IMG/VR virus record: IMGVR_UViG_3300016667_000345
Span: 1-34,541 of that record
Origin: a virus
Lineage: Duplodnaviria; Caudoviricetes
Strand: one strand, 5' to 3'
DNA: 34,541 bases
Below the pieces are notes generated by a model. It was not told the DNA's origin, did not search any database, and saw only the letters and a program-made list of their open reading frames with translations. This document shows, piece by piece, positions 13,984 to 23,756 of this stretch (position 1 is its first letter; every line of letters starts with the position of its first letter). The position numbers and the translations under genes were made by a program.

Positions 13984-15510
13984 GTGGCAAAGAAAAAACT
14001 AAAGGCTTGGCCACCGAAGTATCTTTCGCCAGTGGCACCTGCTGATTTGAAGCGCAGTCGAGGTGATGATGTCATTGACTTCGCAGAGGCTCTTTGCAAG
14101 ATAACCGAAGATGGAATTGCCGGTAACGCTGGCGATCCGTTGGTGCTTCGCCCCTGGCAAAAGGAACTCACGCGCCACCTCTTCGCCGAGGCAGCCGATG
14201 GTTCCCTGCGCCATCGCCGCGCACTTATCGGGATGCCGCGCAAGTCCGGCAAGTCTGCGTGGCTTTCAGCTCTTGTGCTTGAGCAGTTAGTTCTAGGGCC
14301 TCAAGGTGGGCAGATATTTTCTTGTGCTGCTGATAAAGACCAAGCCAAAATCATTTTCAACACTGTAAAGCGTTGCATCGAGTTAGAGCCTGAGCTGAGT
14401 GAAATCTTGCAGCCCTACCGCGATGTGATTCATAATCCTAAAACGGGTTCGGTTTATCGGGCGCTTTCCTCTGAGTCATTTACAAAAGAAGGTTTGAACT
14501 CAACCTTTATCGCATTTGACGAATTGCACGCCCAACCAAACCGCGAACTCTACGATGTTATGTCGCTTTCAATGGGTGCGCGTAAGGAACCGATGTTGGT
14601 AGCAATCACCACCGCCGGTGTCACCACGGATTCAACTGGCAAGGATTCACTCTGCTACTCGATGTTTAATCGAAGCGTGCAAATCGCCAAGGGTGAGATT
14701 TCTGATCCATCCTTCTTCTTCGCTTGGTGGGGTGGCGATGACAAAGACGATTACACCGATGAGCAAGTTTGGGAAACTGCAAACCCAGGATTTGATGATT
14801 TAACTTCTCTTGCAGATATGCGCTCTTCATTCGCGCTTACACCTGAGGCCGAGTTCAAAACTAAGCGCCTCAACATTTGGACTTCCACTGCAACTGCTTG
14901 GCTTCCAAGTGGTGCGTGGGATGCGCTCAAATCACCAGATAGAGCGCCAATCGCCGGTGAGGATTGCATCCTTGCTTTCGATGGAGCGTTTTCCAATGAC
15001 TCAACGGCTTTGGTGGCGTGGTTTTTAGGGGAAGAAAAACCGCACCTTCAAGTTGTTGGTCTTTGGGAGCGCCCCGAAGATGTGCAAGATTGGCACGTTC
15101 CTATCGCCGAAGTTGAGCAGACAATTATCAACACCTACCGAGATACTCGCTTCAATGTAAAAGAGGTTGTCTTTGACCCCGCACGATGGCAGAGAACATT
15201 TATGGTGCTTGATGAGGCAGGGCTACCTGTTGTCAGCTATCCGAACTCTGCGGAGAGAATGGTTCCTGCAACGCAGAAATTCTACGAAGCAGTCGTAAAT
15301 CAATCATTCACGCACGATGGCGATGAACGCTTAGCGCGACACATTGCAAACTGCGTGACCAAGCAATCATCGCGTGGTGTGATGGTGGCGAAGGCATCAA
15401 GCAAACGCAAGGTGGATGCTGCGGTTGCTTCAATCTTCGGTTATGACCGAGCCACCCGACCACCTGAGCCTAAAGCGCCAGTGACTAGATTCTTTTCAAT
15501 AGATATTTAA
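13984..15510 (+). CDS. terL: Terminase large subunit
   Basis: LRPWQ, PRKSGKS, FDELH, ITTAG, nuclease FDG...DST, KVDAAVA. Confidence 0.95.
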   Translation: MAKKKLKAWPPKYLSPVAPADLKRSRGDDVIDFAEALCKITEDGIAGNAGDPLVLRPWQKELTRHLFAEAADGSLRHRRALIGMPRKSGKSAWLSALVLEQLVLGPQGGQIFSCAADKDQAKIIFNTVKRCIELEPELSEILQPYRDVIHNPKTGSVYRALSSESFTKEGLNSTFIAFDELHAQPNRELYDVMSLSMGARKEPMLVAITTAGVTTDSTGKDSLCYSMFNRSVQIAKGEISDPSFFFAWWGGDDKDDYTDEQVWETANPGFDDLTSLADMRSSFALTPEAEFKTKRLNIWTSTATAWLPSGAWDALKSPDRAPIAGEDCILAFDGAFSNDSTALVAWFLGEEKPHLQVVGLWERPEDVQDWHVPIAEVEQTIINTYRDTRFNVKEVVFDPARWQRTFMVLDEAGLPVVSYPNSAERMVPATQKFYEAVVNQSFTHDGDERLARHIANCVTKQSSRGVMVAKASSKRKVDAAVASIFGYDRATRPPEPKAPVTRFFSIDI

Positions 15511-15519
15511 GGAGATGAG

Positions 15520-15672
15520 ATGAAATTCAAACTGCCAAAGATTGATATTTCTATCCTCACCGAGATTACAGGCGCGGTGCTTGTGACCTATGGAATTATG
15601 CAATTCTCAATCCCAGTTGCTTGCATAGTTCTAGGTTCGTTCCTCATTTGGATTACAGAGAAGGCTGAATAA
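15520..15672 (+). CDS. Small two-helix membrane protein (50 aa)
   Basis: Hand translation; AAGGAG upstream; TAATG coupling to portal. Confidence 0.75.
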   Translation: MKFKLPKIDISILTEITGAVLVTYGIMQFSIPVACIVLGSFLIWITEKAE

Positions 15673-17288
15673 TGAGTTTATCTAAGCGTTTGAGGAATTC
15701 AGGCGAAAAGCGTGCAGCAGGTGATACTTGGGTCGGCCCACTGATCCCTGGCAGACCACCTGTAACCGATGTATCAGGTGTCTATGTAGATGCCGATACC
15801 GCAATGCGCATCTCTACAGTTTTCGCTTGCGTTCGCCTTCGTTCCGGCACAATCTCATCTTTGCCAGTTGGTGCCTATGTGCGCCGAGGTCGAGTGCGCC
15901 TTTCCTACGCTGCTGCCTATGGCGAGACCCCACAATGGCTCATCAAGCCAAACCCTGAGCAGACCAAGCTCGAATTCTTTGAGCAGATGATTACCTCAAT
16001 GGATTTGCGCGGAGATGCTTTCATCCTCACAGTCCGTGACGATATGGGCGATGTGATTGAAGTTTATGTGCTACATCCTGACAAGGTAAGAATTATTCGC
16101 CGACCAGGTGAGCCGATTTATTACGAATACAAAGAAGCACGCACTGGCGATGTTATGTATTTGACCACCCAAGATATTTTGCATATCCCAGCCTTCTTGC
16201 TACCAGGCGAGATTCGTGGGCGTTCACCGATTGAGGCTTGCAGAATGGTAGTTGGTGGCGCTCTTGCTGCTGATACCTATGCCGCTTCCTACTTTGGAAA
16301 TGCCGCAAACCCAGGTGGAGTTATCGAAGTGCCTGGCGAAATGGATCAGGAGCAGGTCGAAGATTTAGCTCTGAACTGGAATATCGCACACTCAGGGCCT
16401 TACAAGGCTGGCAAAATCGGCATCCTTACCGGTGGCGGTTCATTCAAGCCTCTTGCTATCAACGCTTCAGATGCTCAACTACTTGAGGCTCGCAAATTCG
16501 GCGTGGAAGAAATCGCTCGAATCTTCAACGTGCCTATCTCGCTACTTGGACACCCAGTAGCAGGTGCGATGAGCTTTGCATCGGTTGAAGCGCAAAACCT
16601 TTCATTCGTTCAGCACTCACTACGCCCACTCTTGGAGCGTATCGAGCAAGCACTCTCAACGTTGCTACCTGAGCAGGATGCGTTCATTCGCTTCAACCTA
16701 GATGCGCTTTTGCGCGGTACTACCATCGAGCGCTTTGATGCCTACACCAAGGGATTGCGTGAAGGCTTTATGAGCCTCAACGATGTGCGTGCAATGGAAG
16801 ATATGACTCCGATTGAAGATGGAGACCAATATCGTGTGCCACTGCAAAACATTGATGCCAAGGATGCCAAGGATGTAGGACTCAACCTACGCACCGAAAT
16901 TATCGCCAAGTTGATTCAGGTTGGTTTCGATCCTGCCGAGGTTCTCTCTGCAATCGGTATGGAATCAATCAAGCATACGGGCGTACCTTCAACCCAGTTG
17001 CAGCAAATCTCAACGATTGACCCAGGCAACCCATCGGCAGCCTATGAAGTTAATTCTCGCTCATTCGTAGATGTGAACGTTCCCGATACAATCGTGAACG
17101 TTCCTGAAACTCGCGTGAATGTTGAAGCACCTGAAGTCACAGTGGAAGCGCCAACAGTCAATGTTGAACCTGCCGTAATCAATATCCAAAATGTCGAACA
17201 GCGCAAGCGCATTGTTCGCAAGGTAGTTCGTGACGATGAAGGCAAGATTGCAGAAATCATCGAGCAGACAATCGAGGATGGCGAATAA
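15672..17288 (+). CDS. Portal protein, HK97 family, with C-terminal extension
   Basis: VFACV, PN.EQT, GDAF, DILHI, G.SP, EEIARIFNVP, LRP...IEQ, NDVR..E. Confidence 0.95.
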   Translation: MSLSKRLRNSGEKRAAGDTWVGPLIPGRPPVTDVSGVYVDADTAMRISTVFACVRLRSGTISSLPVGAYVRRGRVRLSYAAAYGETPQWLIKPNPEQTKLEFFEQMITSMDLRGDAFILTVRDDMGDVIEVYVLHPDKVRIIRRPGEPIYYEYKEARTGDVMYLTTQDILHIPAFLLPGEIRGRSPIEACRMVVGGALAADTYAASYFGNAANPGGVIEVPGEMDQEQVEDLALNWNIAHSGPYKAGKIGILTGGGSFKPLAINASDAQLLEARKFGVEEIARIFNVPISLLGHPVAGAMSFASVEAQNLSFVQHSLRPLLERIEQALSTLLPEQDAFIRFNLDALLRGTTIERFDAYTKGLREGFMSLNDVRAMEDMTPIEDGDQYRVPLQNIDAKDAKDVGLNLRTEIIAKLIQVGFDPAEVLSAIGMESIKHTGVPSTQLQQISTIDPGNPSAAYEVNSRSFVDVNVPDTIVNVPETRVNVEAPEVTVEAPTVNVEPAVINIQNVEQRKRIVRKVVRDDEGKIAEIIEQTIEDGE

Positions 17289-17671
17289 TGGCAACAGGTC
17301 TTAGCACATATCTTGCAAACGCATTTCTTGATTCAGTGGGCAACGCCACCGCGTTCTCTGTAACGAACGTGTATGTAAAACTACACGTTGCCGACCCAGG
17401 AGCGAACGGCACCGCTAATGCTGCAACAGAGACCACTCGCAAGGTTGTTTCATTCGCTGCTTCATCTAGCGGTTCTCTTGCCAGCGATGCTGCAATCACT
17501 TGGACAAACATTGCAGGGTCACAAGATGCCACCTACTTCACGGCTTGGGATTCTTTGACCACCGGCAACTTCCTCTTTTCAGGCACGATTACCGGCAACC
17601 CTTACACCGCAGGTGACACCTACACGATTCCAAGCGGATCGCTCACTGTAAGCCTCACTGTAGCGAGCTAA
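17288..17671 (+). CDS. Putative virion structural/fibre-type protein
   Basis: Thr/Ala/Ser-rich beta pattern, YVKLHVADPG; inside head module. Confidence 0.6.
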   Translation: MATGLSTYLANAFLDSVGNATAFSVTNVYVKLHVADPGANGTANAATETTRKVVSFAASSSGSLASDAAITWTNIAGSQDATYFTAWDSLTTGNFLFSGTITGNPYTAGDTYTIPSGSLTVSLTVAS

Positions 17672-17677
17672 TCTCAA

Positions 17678-18289
17678 ATGAGTTTCCTGCGCTTCACGCT
17701 GGATGTCTCACCTTTAGATAGTGACGGCTACGGACTCGATGGAGAAGGCTTCGCCTTTACATCCGATGGCGTAGGGGTCGCACCTTTAGGCACATTGGCA
17801 GCAAGCGCCTCAAGCGTGGTCACTCAAGAAGTTACCGCCAGCGCACCTCTTAATGGCGCTACAGGCACCGCCACGAGCCTTGTAACCAACCCTGTAGGCG
17901 CGAACGCACCTCTTGGGGGTAGTTACTCGGTGGCAACCGCCATCGTGTCTGTAATCGCCTCTAGTGACGTTTTACTTGGTGGGCTAACGGCTAACGCAAC
18001 GGCAGCCGACAACATTCAGGCAACTGCTCAGGCTTCTCTTGGTGGCTTGAACGCTCAAATCGTTACAGTCTCACAGGCAGAGGGCGGTTCATTCGGTAAC
18101 AGCCTATTGAACTTCGTGCAGCCGAATCTTGAACTGCCGAAAATAGAAATTCCGGTGATTGAACCCTTGCTACCAAAGGTTCATCTCGGATTTGCAGATG
18201 CGCTACTGGGTAGAGCTAATGCAAGCGCAATATCTCAGATTGATTTCTCCATCATTGAAGATGATGCCGAAATCCTAGCGATGCTTTAA
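17678..18289 (+). CDS. Putative virion structural protein with Ala/Thr-rich repeats
   Basis: APLG/APLN/LGG repeats about every 21 aa. Confidence 0.6.
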   Translation: MSFLRFTLDVSPLDSDGYGLDGEGFAFTSDGVGVAPLGTLAASASSVVTQEVTASAPLNGATGTATSLVTNPVGANAPLGGSYSVATAIVSVIASSDVLLGGLTANATAADNIQATAQASLGGLNAQIVTVSQAEGGSFGNSLLNFVQPNLELPKIEIPVIEPLLPKVHLGFADALLGRANASAISQIDFSIIEDDAEILAML

Positions 18290-18297
18290 GGAATCAA

Positions 18298-19833
18298 ATG
18301 CCATACGGAATCAGTGATAAGCAATCAGATTGCTCAGGTTGGGCAACAGTGAAAGAAGAATCAGATGGTTCCTTCACCACGATTGGTTGCCACGATACCA
18401 AGCAAGGTGCGATAGATCAGATGGTTGCAGTCTCAATCTCTGAAGATATGGAGCCACTTGGCGAAGTTCGTGCAGTTGATTTATCAGCACCTGCGTTCAT
18501 CCGTGATAACGCAGCGCGTGGATTGAAATATCTACAAGAAGGTTTCGGGGGTGATGGTTTAACCGATGCCACAAAGCGTGAAGCACGCGAAATGGCAGCA
18601 GGAAGAATCTCTGAAAACAAAGTGCGCAAGATGGCACCTTGGTTTGCACGTCATAAAGTTGATGGGCAAGCACCTAAAAATAGCGATCCATCCAATGCCC
18701 AATACCCAGGCGCAGGTTTAGTTGCTTGGCTTCTTTGGGGTGGGGATTCCAACTTCAGCGACAGAGCGCAAAATTGGGCGCAGCGCAAAATTGATGCCTT
18801 AGATGCTGAGGCCGATTCAAGGAGCAAAATGACAAAGAAAATCGAACGCCGCACTTATACAGTGCAAGATGTTGAGGCACGCCAAGCAGATGATGGCACT
18901 ATGCGCATCTCAGGTTATGCAGCAGTGTTTAATGATTCAAGCGTTCCCCTACCTTTCATCGAGCGTATCGCCCCAGGTGCTTTCCGTAAGACCTTGAGCG
19001 AAACACCCGATGTTCGCTTGCTTATCAATCACGAAGGCTTACCTCTAGCTCGTACCAAAAATGGTACGCTCACACTTACTGAAGATTCACGCGGCTTGTA
19101 TATGGATGCAGTTATCGCAGACACACAAGAAGGGCGCGACCTCTACACCCTAATCCAACGCGGTGACTTGGATCAGATGAGTTTTGCTTTCCGAGTTATT
19201 CGCCAAAAGTGGAACGAAGGTCGCACAGAGCGCCTACTTACAGAATTATCTTTGGCAGATGGTGACGTTTCAGTTGTCACATACCCTGCTTATCCAACTA
19301 CTTCAGTTGAAGCTCGCGAGCATCTAAGAGCAGCGATGCAAGCGATGAAGGAAGGTCGCGAAGTTACTGGCGAATCTTTGCTCGTATTGCAATCAATTTT
19401 TAGAGATATGTCCGAAGGTCACGATTACATTATGAAGTCCGTTGAGGTTATGTCTCAACTACTTCAGATGGATGCAGAGATTGAGGAAGAGGAAGAATAC
19501 GAATCATCTCGCGCAGTTGATGTTGTCGGCGATTATGTCGAATGGGATTCTTCCGGCGGTACAGCTCGTGGTCGTATCGAACACGTTATGCGTGAAGGCG
19601 TGCTGGGAATCCCTGGCTCAGACTTCTCAATTACAGCCGAAGAGGGAGACCCTGCGGTTCTCATCCGTGTTTATGAAGAATTCCGTGACGGATACCGCCC
19701 AACCGAAACTCTTGTAGGTCACAAAGCCTCAGAGTTGCGCCCTATTGATGCTTTGCCTGAAGCAAGCCCCGAAGAGGCTTCACGCAAGATTTCACTTCGC
19801 CTAGCAAAAGCGATTATCAACAACACAAAATAA
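18298..19833 (+). CDS. HK97-type prohead protease with N- and C-terminal extra domains
   Basis: GYAAVFN, ERIAPGAF, LINH, PLART, QMSFAF, DVSVVTYPAY. Confidence 0.92.
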   Translation: MPYGISDKQSDCSGWATVKEESDGSFTTIGCHDTKQGAIDQMVAVSISEDMEPLGEVRAVDLSAPAFIRDNAARGLKYLQEGFGGDGLTDATKREAREMAAGRISENKVRKMAPWFARHKVDGQAPKNSDPSNAQYPGAGLVAWLLWGGDSNFSDRAQNWAQRKIDALDAEADSRSKMTKKIERRTYTVQDVEARQADDGTMRISGYAAVFNDSSVPLPFIERIAPGAFRKTLSETPDVRLLINHEGLPLARTKNGTLTLTEDSRGLYMDAVIADTQEGRDLYTLIQRGDLDQMSFAFRVIRQKWNEGRTERLLTELSLADGDVSVVTYPAYPTTSVEAREHLRAAMQAMKEGREVTGESLLVLQSIFRDMSEGHDYIMKSVEVMSQLLQMDAEIEEEEEYESSRAVDVVGDYVEWDSSGGTARGRIEHVMREGVLGIPGSDFSITAEEGDPAVLIRVYEEFRDGYRPTETLVGHKASELRPIDALPEASPEEASRKISLRLAKAIINNTK

Positions 19834-19947
19834 GTTTCCGTAGAAAATCTACGGATCGAAGTCGGAGCGAGTTTCACACCCTAAAAGCGCCGTGAAGAGC
19901 ATCGCCACCACCTCAACCAAAAACCAAACTCATAAGGAGATCAATAA

Positions 19948-21294
19948 ATGTCATTTCTTGACAAAGTAATTGAGCGCCGTGATGCAGTTAAGGCTGAAAT
20001 GGATGCAGTTCTCGAAGCAGTTGCTTCAGAAAACCGCACCGACCTTACCGCAGAGGAAACCGAAAAGGTTGATGCTCTCGTTGAAGAGTCACGTTCACTC
20101 GATGCAAAGATTGAAAAGTTCAAGGCACAAGCCGATGCAGATGCAAAGGCAGCCGAAGCACGCGCAGCAGTAGCAACAATCGCAATGCCTACAGTTGGTG
20201 GCGCAAAGGTTGTTTCCGAAGCACGCACATACTCAGAGCGTTCAGAGGCATCATTCGTTAAGGATGTTTATGCTGCTGAAATTCGTGGAGACTACGCAGC
20301 TCGCGAACGTCTAGCACGCCACACACGCGAAGAGTCAATCGAGCGCCGCGATGTTGATACATCTAACTTCGCAGGTCTCGTTATTCCTCAGTACCTCGTT
20401 GATCTAGCAGCGCCTTATGCACGCGCTGGCCGTCCAACAGCAGATTTCGCTACAAACAAGCACACACTTCCTGCTGCTGGTATGACACTGAACATTTCTC
20501 GTATGACAACAGGCTCATCTACAGCCGTACAGGTCACACAGAATGATGCAGTATCAGAGACAGATGTTGATGACACACTGCTCACAATCAACGTTCGTAC
20601 AATCGCCGGACAGCAAGACGTATCACGTCAGGCTATCGAGCGCGGTACAGGTGTTGATTCATTCGTAATCCAAGACCTCGTTCGCTCTTGGCACACAACT
20701 CTTGATAACCAAATCCTTAACGGAGCAGGTACTTCAGGAACAATCAAGGGGCTTCGCGCTTCAGGTGGAAACGCAATCACCTTTACAGCGACAACACCAA
20801 CAGTTGCACTTCTCTATCCAAAGTTGGCAGATGCAGTTCAGCAAATTCAGTCAAACGCATTTGTAACACCAACACACTGGATTATGCACCCACGCCGTCT
20901 AGCGTTTCTTCTCGCAGCAACAGACACCACAGGCCGCCCATTAGTAGTGCCAGCAGCAAATGGCGCAATGAATGGCGTTGCCGCAGGTGCAGGTGCAGCA
21001 GGATACGGAAACACCGGCTATCAGTTGATGGGCTTGCCTATCATCGCAGATGCAAACGTAGGAACAACCTATGGAGCAGCAACAAATCAGGATGAAATCT
21101 ATTGCGTTTCAGCACCTGAATTCCACCTATGGGAACAGCCTGGCGCACCATTCGCATTGTCATTCGATGCAACTGGCGCAGACAAGCTACAGATTAAGTC
21201 AGTCATCTACGGATACGCTGCTGCTTCAGCAGAGCGCTACCCACTTGCTGCCTCAATCATCTCAGGTACAGGTCTCGTTGCACCAACCTTCTAA
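19948..21294 (+). CDS. Major capsid protein (HK97 fold, N-terminal coiled-coil delta domain)
   Basis: Position after protease, AAGGAG RBS, GLVIPQ, ILNG.G, WIMHP, LMGLPI. Confidence 0.93.
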   Translation: MSFLDKVIERRDAVKAEMDAVLEAVASENRTDLTAEETEKVDALVEESRSLDAKIEKFKAQADADAKAAEARAAVATIAMPTVGGAKVVSEARTYSERSEASFVKDVYAAEIRGDYAARERLARHTREESIERRDVDTSNFAGLVIPQYLVDLAAPYARAGRPTADFATNKHTLPAAGMTLNISRMTTGSSTAVQVTQNDAVSETDVDDTLLTINVRTIAGQQDVSRQAIERGTGVDSFVIQDLVRSWHTTLDNQILNGAGTSGTIKGLRASGGNAITFTATTPTVALLYPKLADAVQQIQSNAFVTPTHWIMHPRRLAFLLAATDTTGRPLVVPAANGAMNGVAAGAGAAGYGNTGYQLMGLPIIADANVGTTYGAATNQDEIYCVSAPEFHLWEQPGAPFALSFDATGADKLQIKSVIYGYAAASAERYPLAASIISGTGLVAPTF

Positions 21295-21316
21295 TTTAAT
21301 TAGAGGCGCTTAAATT

Positions 21317-21379
21317 GTGTGGGCGGGAGTAGTTCCCCCCGATTGCTCTCGCCCACACTTCTTAACAGATTCGGGGGAA
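21317..21379 (+). promoter_or_regulatory. 17-bp hairpin with C-rich loop complementary to the downstream RBS; possible attenuator/pseudoknot
   Basis: Stem 21317-21333/21342-21358, loop TCCCCCCG, downstream TCGGGGGAA at 21371. Confidence 0.6.
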
Positions 21380-21382
21380 TCT

Positions 21383-22060
21383 ATGAAGTCAGGTCATACA
21401 GTTTCAATCGGTTCGTGCGACCCAGGAATGGTAAATGGGGCGTTCGCTTATCGCTTGATTCAGCTCGTTCAAGCACGATCCACACGGCTAGGGCCATTTG
21501 TTAGGGTCAAAGGTTCAGGCTTGCTCTCAAAGCAGCGCAACCGAGTAGTAAAACAGTTTTTGGAAACGAAGTCTGATTGGCTTCTTCTTCTTGATAGCGA
21601 TGAACAATTAACGCTCGATGCTTTTGATAAGTTAATTGAAACCGCACACGATAAAGACCGCCCAGTAGTGGCGGGATTAGTTTTTGCAGGGTTCGGCATT
21701 GAAGGCGCTTTATACCCAAAGCCAGTGCCAGCAATCTTCCAAGATGCACCTGAAGGATTCTTGCCTTTGTATAACTATGACAAGAATTCAGTTTTTGAAA
21801 TTGATGCAGCAGGAACAGGTTGCTTGCTAGTGCATCGAAGCGTTTTAGAAAAGATGCGCGAAGAAGCAGACCCACATCAAGGAACTGATTGGTGCTGGTT
21901 TTTCGATGGGCCTATCAACGGCGAATGGATCGGTGAAGATTTACTCTTTTCGCGTAGAATTCGCTCACTAGGTTTTCCAATCCACGTTAATACTGGTGCA
22001 GTTCTACCGCATCAAAAGTCATATTGGCTAGATGAAAGACACCAACAGCATTGGAAATAA
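21383..22060 (+). CDS. Glycosyltransferase-like protein (GT-A fold)
   Basis: QRN.VV..FL, WLLLLDSD (DxD), AAGTGCLLVHR.V, GEDLLFS.R, G..I.V. Confidence 0.8.
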   Translation: MKSGHTVSIGSCDPGMVNGAFAYRLIQLVQARSTRLGPFVRVKGSGLLSKQRNRVVKQFLETKSDWLLLLDSDEQLTLDAFDKLIETAHDKDRPVVAGLVFAGFGIEGALYPKPVPAIFQDAPEGFLPLYNYDKNSVFEIDAAGTGCLLVHRSVLEKMREEADPHQGTDWCWFFDGPINGEWIGEDLLFSRRIRSLGFPIHVNTGAVLPHQKSYWLDERHQQHWK

Positions 22061-22176
22061 TAAAGAAGATTTTGCGTAGGAAGCCAAAGCCAAAGGAAAC
22101 AGCAACGGCGCTACCGCAACTTGAAGAAGCGATACTGCCAAAGGCAGAGATGAGGTTAAAGCGTGGCTCTAACTAA
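22051..22176 (+). CDS. Possible small basic protein (41 aa)
   Basis: TTG-started frame fills the gap; weak RBS. Confidence 0.35.
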   Translation: MEIIKKILRRKPKPKETATALPQLEEAILPKAEMRLKRGSN

Positions 22177-22771
22177 CTGCTACACCACACTTGCTGAACT
22201 AAAGGCATCATTGGGCATCACAGACAATGTGGATGATACAGCTCTTGAAGCTGCCATCACTGCTGCAAGCCGAATGATTGATGACTACACCGAGCGATTC
22301 TTTTACAGAGATGGAACTGCTCAGGCACCTGTATCTCGTTACTATACGCCTCAAGACATCTTCGTTTTAATGATTGATGACATTTATCAAATCACTGAGG
22401 TTGCTATTGATGCCGCCTTTGACCAAACTTATTCAACAGTCTTTGCCACATCTGATTATCTTGTAGAGCCAGTGAACGCACCGCGCAAGGGTTGGCCTTA
22501 TACCCGAATCCTTGCAACTGGATCATATATCTTGCCTTATCCACTGCCTCAGTCAGTGCGCGTGAAGGGCATATGGGGCTGGAACGCGGTGCCTAGCGAA
22601 ATCGCAATGGCAACGCTTCTCCAATCCTCACGCCTCTTTGCACGCCGACAATCTCCATTCGGTATTGCCGGTGCGCCTGATTTGGGCGTAGTTCGACTCT
22701 CTTCACGCCTTGATGCAGATGTTGAAGTTCTCTGCAAGCCATTCCGTAGGCGCAAAGGTGTTGCCTACTAA
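22163..22771 (+). CDS. Head-to-tail adaptor
   Basis: Y.TLAELK..LG, AASR.ID.YT.R.F, WGW.AVP.EI..A. Confidence 0.85.
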   Translation: MALTNCYTTLAELKASLGITDNVDDTALEAAITAASRMIDDYTERFFYRDGTAQAPVSRYYTPQDIFVLMIDDIYQITEVAIDAAFDQTYSTVFATSDYLVEPVNAPRKGWPYTRILATGSYILPYPLPQSVRVKGIWGWNAVPSEIAMATLLQSSRLFARRQSPFGIAGAPDLGVVRLSSRLDADVEVLCKPFRRRKGVAY

Positions 22772-23166
22772 TGAACGTTACGAATGTCAGAGCAGGATTA
22801 AAAACACGCCTTGCAACCATCTCAGGTTTGCGCGTGTGGGATTCCATCCCCGACCAGGTAACACCACCTGGGGCGGTAGTAGGTCAATTAGATTTCACAT
22901 TTGATATTGACAATGCGCGAGGTTTAGACATCGCAAACTGCGATATTTATGTGATTGTTCAACGATTCGATGCTCGTTCGAGTCAGAATCAGTTGGATGA
23001 TTATTTGGGTTCGGGCGCAAAATCAATTAAAGCAGCGATTGAAGCGGATCGGACTCTTGGGGGAGCAGTAAATACCTTGAGAGTGACAAGAGCTGAAGCA
23101 GGTACCTACTTGCAGGGTGATGTCACATTTCTTTCATACCGATTCAGCCTCACAATTTGGGGATAA
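22771..23166 (+). CDS. Putative tail terminator/completion protein
   Basis: Position; IKAAIEADRTLGG. Confidence 0.65.
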   Translation: MNVTNVRAGLKTRLATISGLRVWDSIPDQVTPPGAVVGQLDFTFDIDNARGLDIANCDIYVIVQRFDARSSQNQLDDYLGSGAKSIKAAIEADRTLGGAVNTLRVTRAEAGTYLQGDVTFLSYRFSLTIWG

Positions 23167-23175
23167 GGAGAACAA

Positions 23176-23340
23176 ATGAGCTACATAGTTACCTCAGACC
23201 TTGAGGTTTGCGGCAAGAAAAAGGGTGAAGCACTCACCGAAAAAGATTTGGTTGGAGCAAATGTAGAGGCGCTTATCGGCGCAGGTCACATTTCTTCATC
23301 CTCAAAGCCAGTACCAGCAACCGAAGGAGCAACTAAATAA
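23176..23340 (+). CDS. Hypothetical protein (54 aa)
   Basis: Hand translation MSYIVTSDLEV...LIGAGHI...ATK*; AAGGAG RBS; TAATG coupling. Confidence 0.75.
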   Translation: MSYIVTSDLEVCGKKKGEALTEKDLVGANVEALIGAGHISSSSKPVPATEGATK

Positions 23341-23756
23341 TGGCACGCATAGTCCTAACAGATGCAAAAGTCACAATCAATTCAGTGAACTTGAGTGACC
23401 ACATCGCATCAATCACAATCAACGAAAGCACAGATGTAGTCGAAACTACTGCGTTTTCTAACACTGCAAAAACTCGTGTTGCTGGTTTGAAAGATAATTC
23501 AGTAACAATCGAATTTCACCAAGATTTTGCCGCATCTAATGTTGAGGCAACAATCAATGGTTCACCATCCCTAGTAGGAACAGCAACCACAATCGTTGTT
23601 ACACCTACATCTGCTGCGGTTGGTGCTACAAACCCTTCATACACATTCTCAGCGCTTGTGGCTGAATGGACACCGCTCAACGGAGCCGTTGGAGAACTTT
23701 CAACAGCATCCGTTACTTGGCCAATCACAGGTGCAATTACAAAGGCAACCTCATAA
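23340..23756 (+). CDS. Major tail (tube) protein, copy 1
   Basis: VETTAF...RVAGLKD, position before chaperone and tape measure. Confidence 0.85.
   Translation: MARIVLTDAKVTINSVNLSDHIASITINESTDVVETTAFSNTAKTRVAGLKDNSVTIEFHQDFAASNVEATINGSPSLVGTATTIVVTPTSAAVGATNPSYTFSALVAEWTPLNGAVGELSTASVTWPITGAITKATS

Noticed and set aside
21317-21382. GTG start of the glycosyltransferase at 21317
   Set aside because: It is the first base of the hairpin stem; ATG 21383 has a well spaced GGGGG
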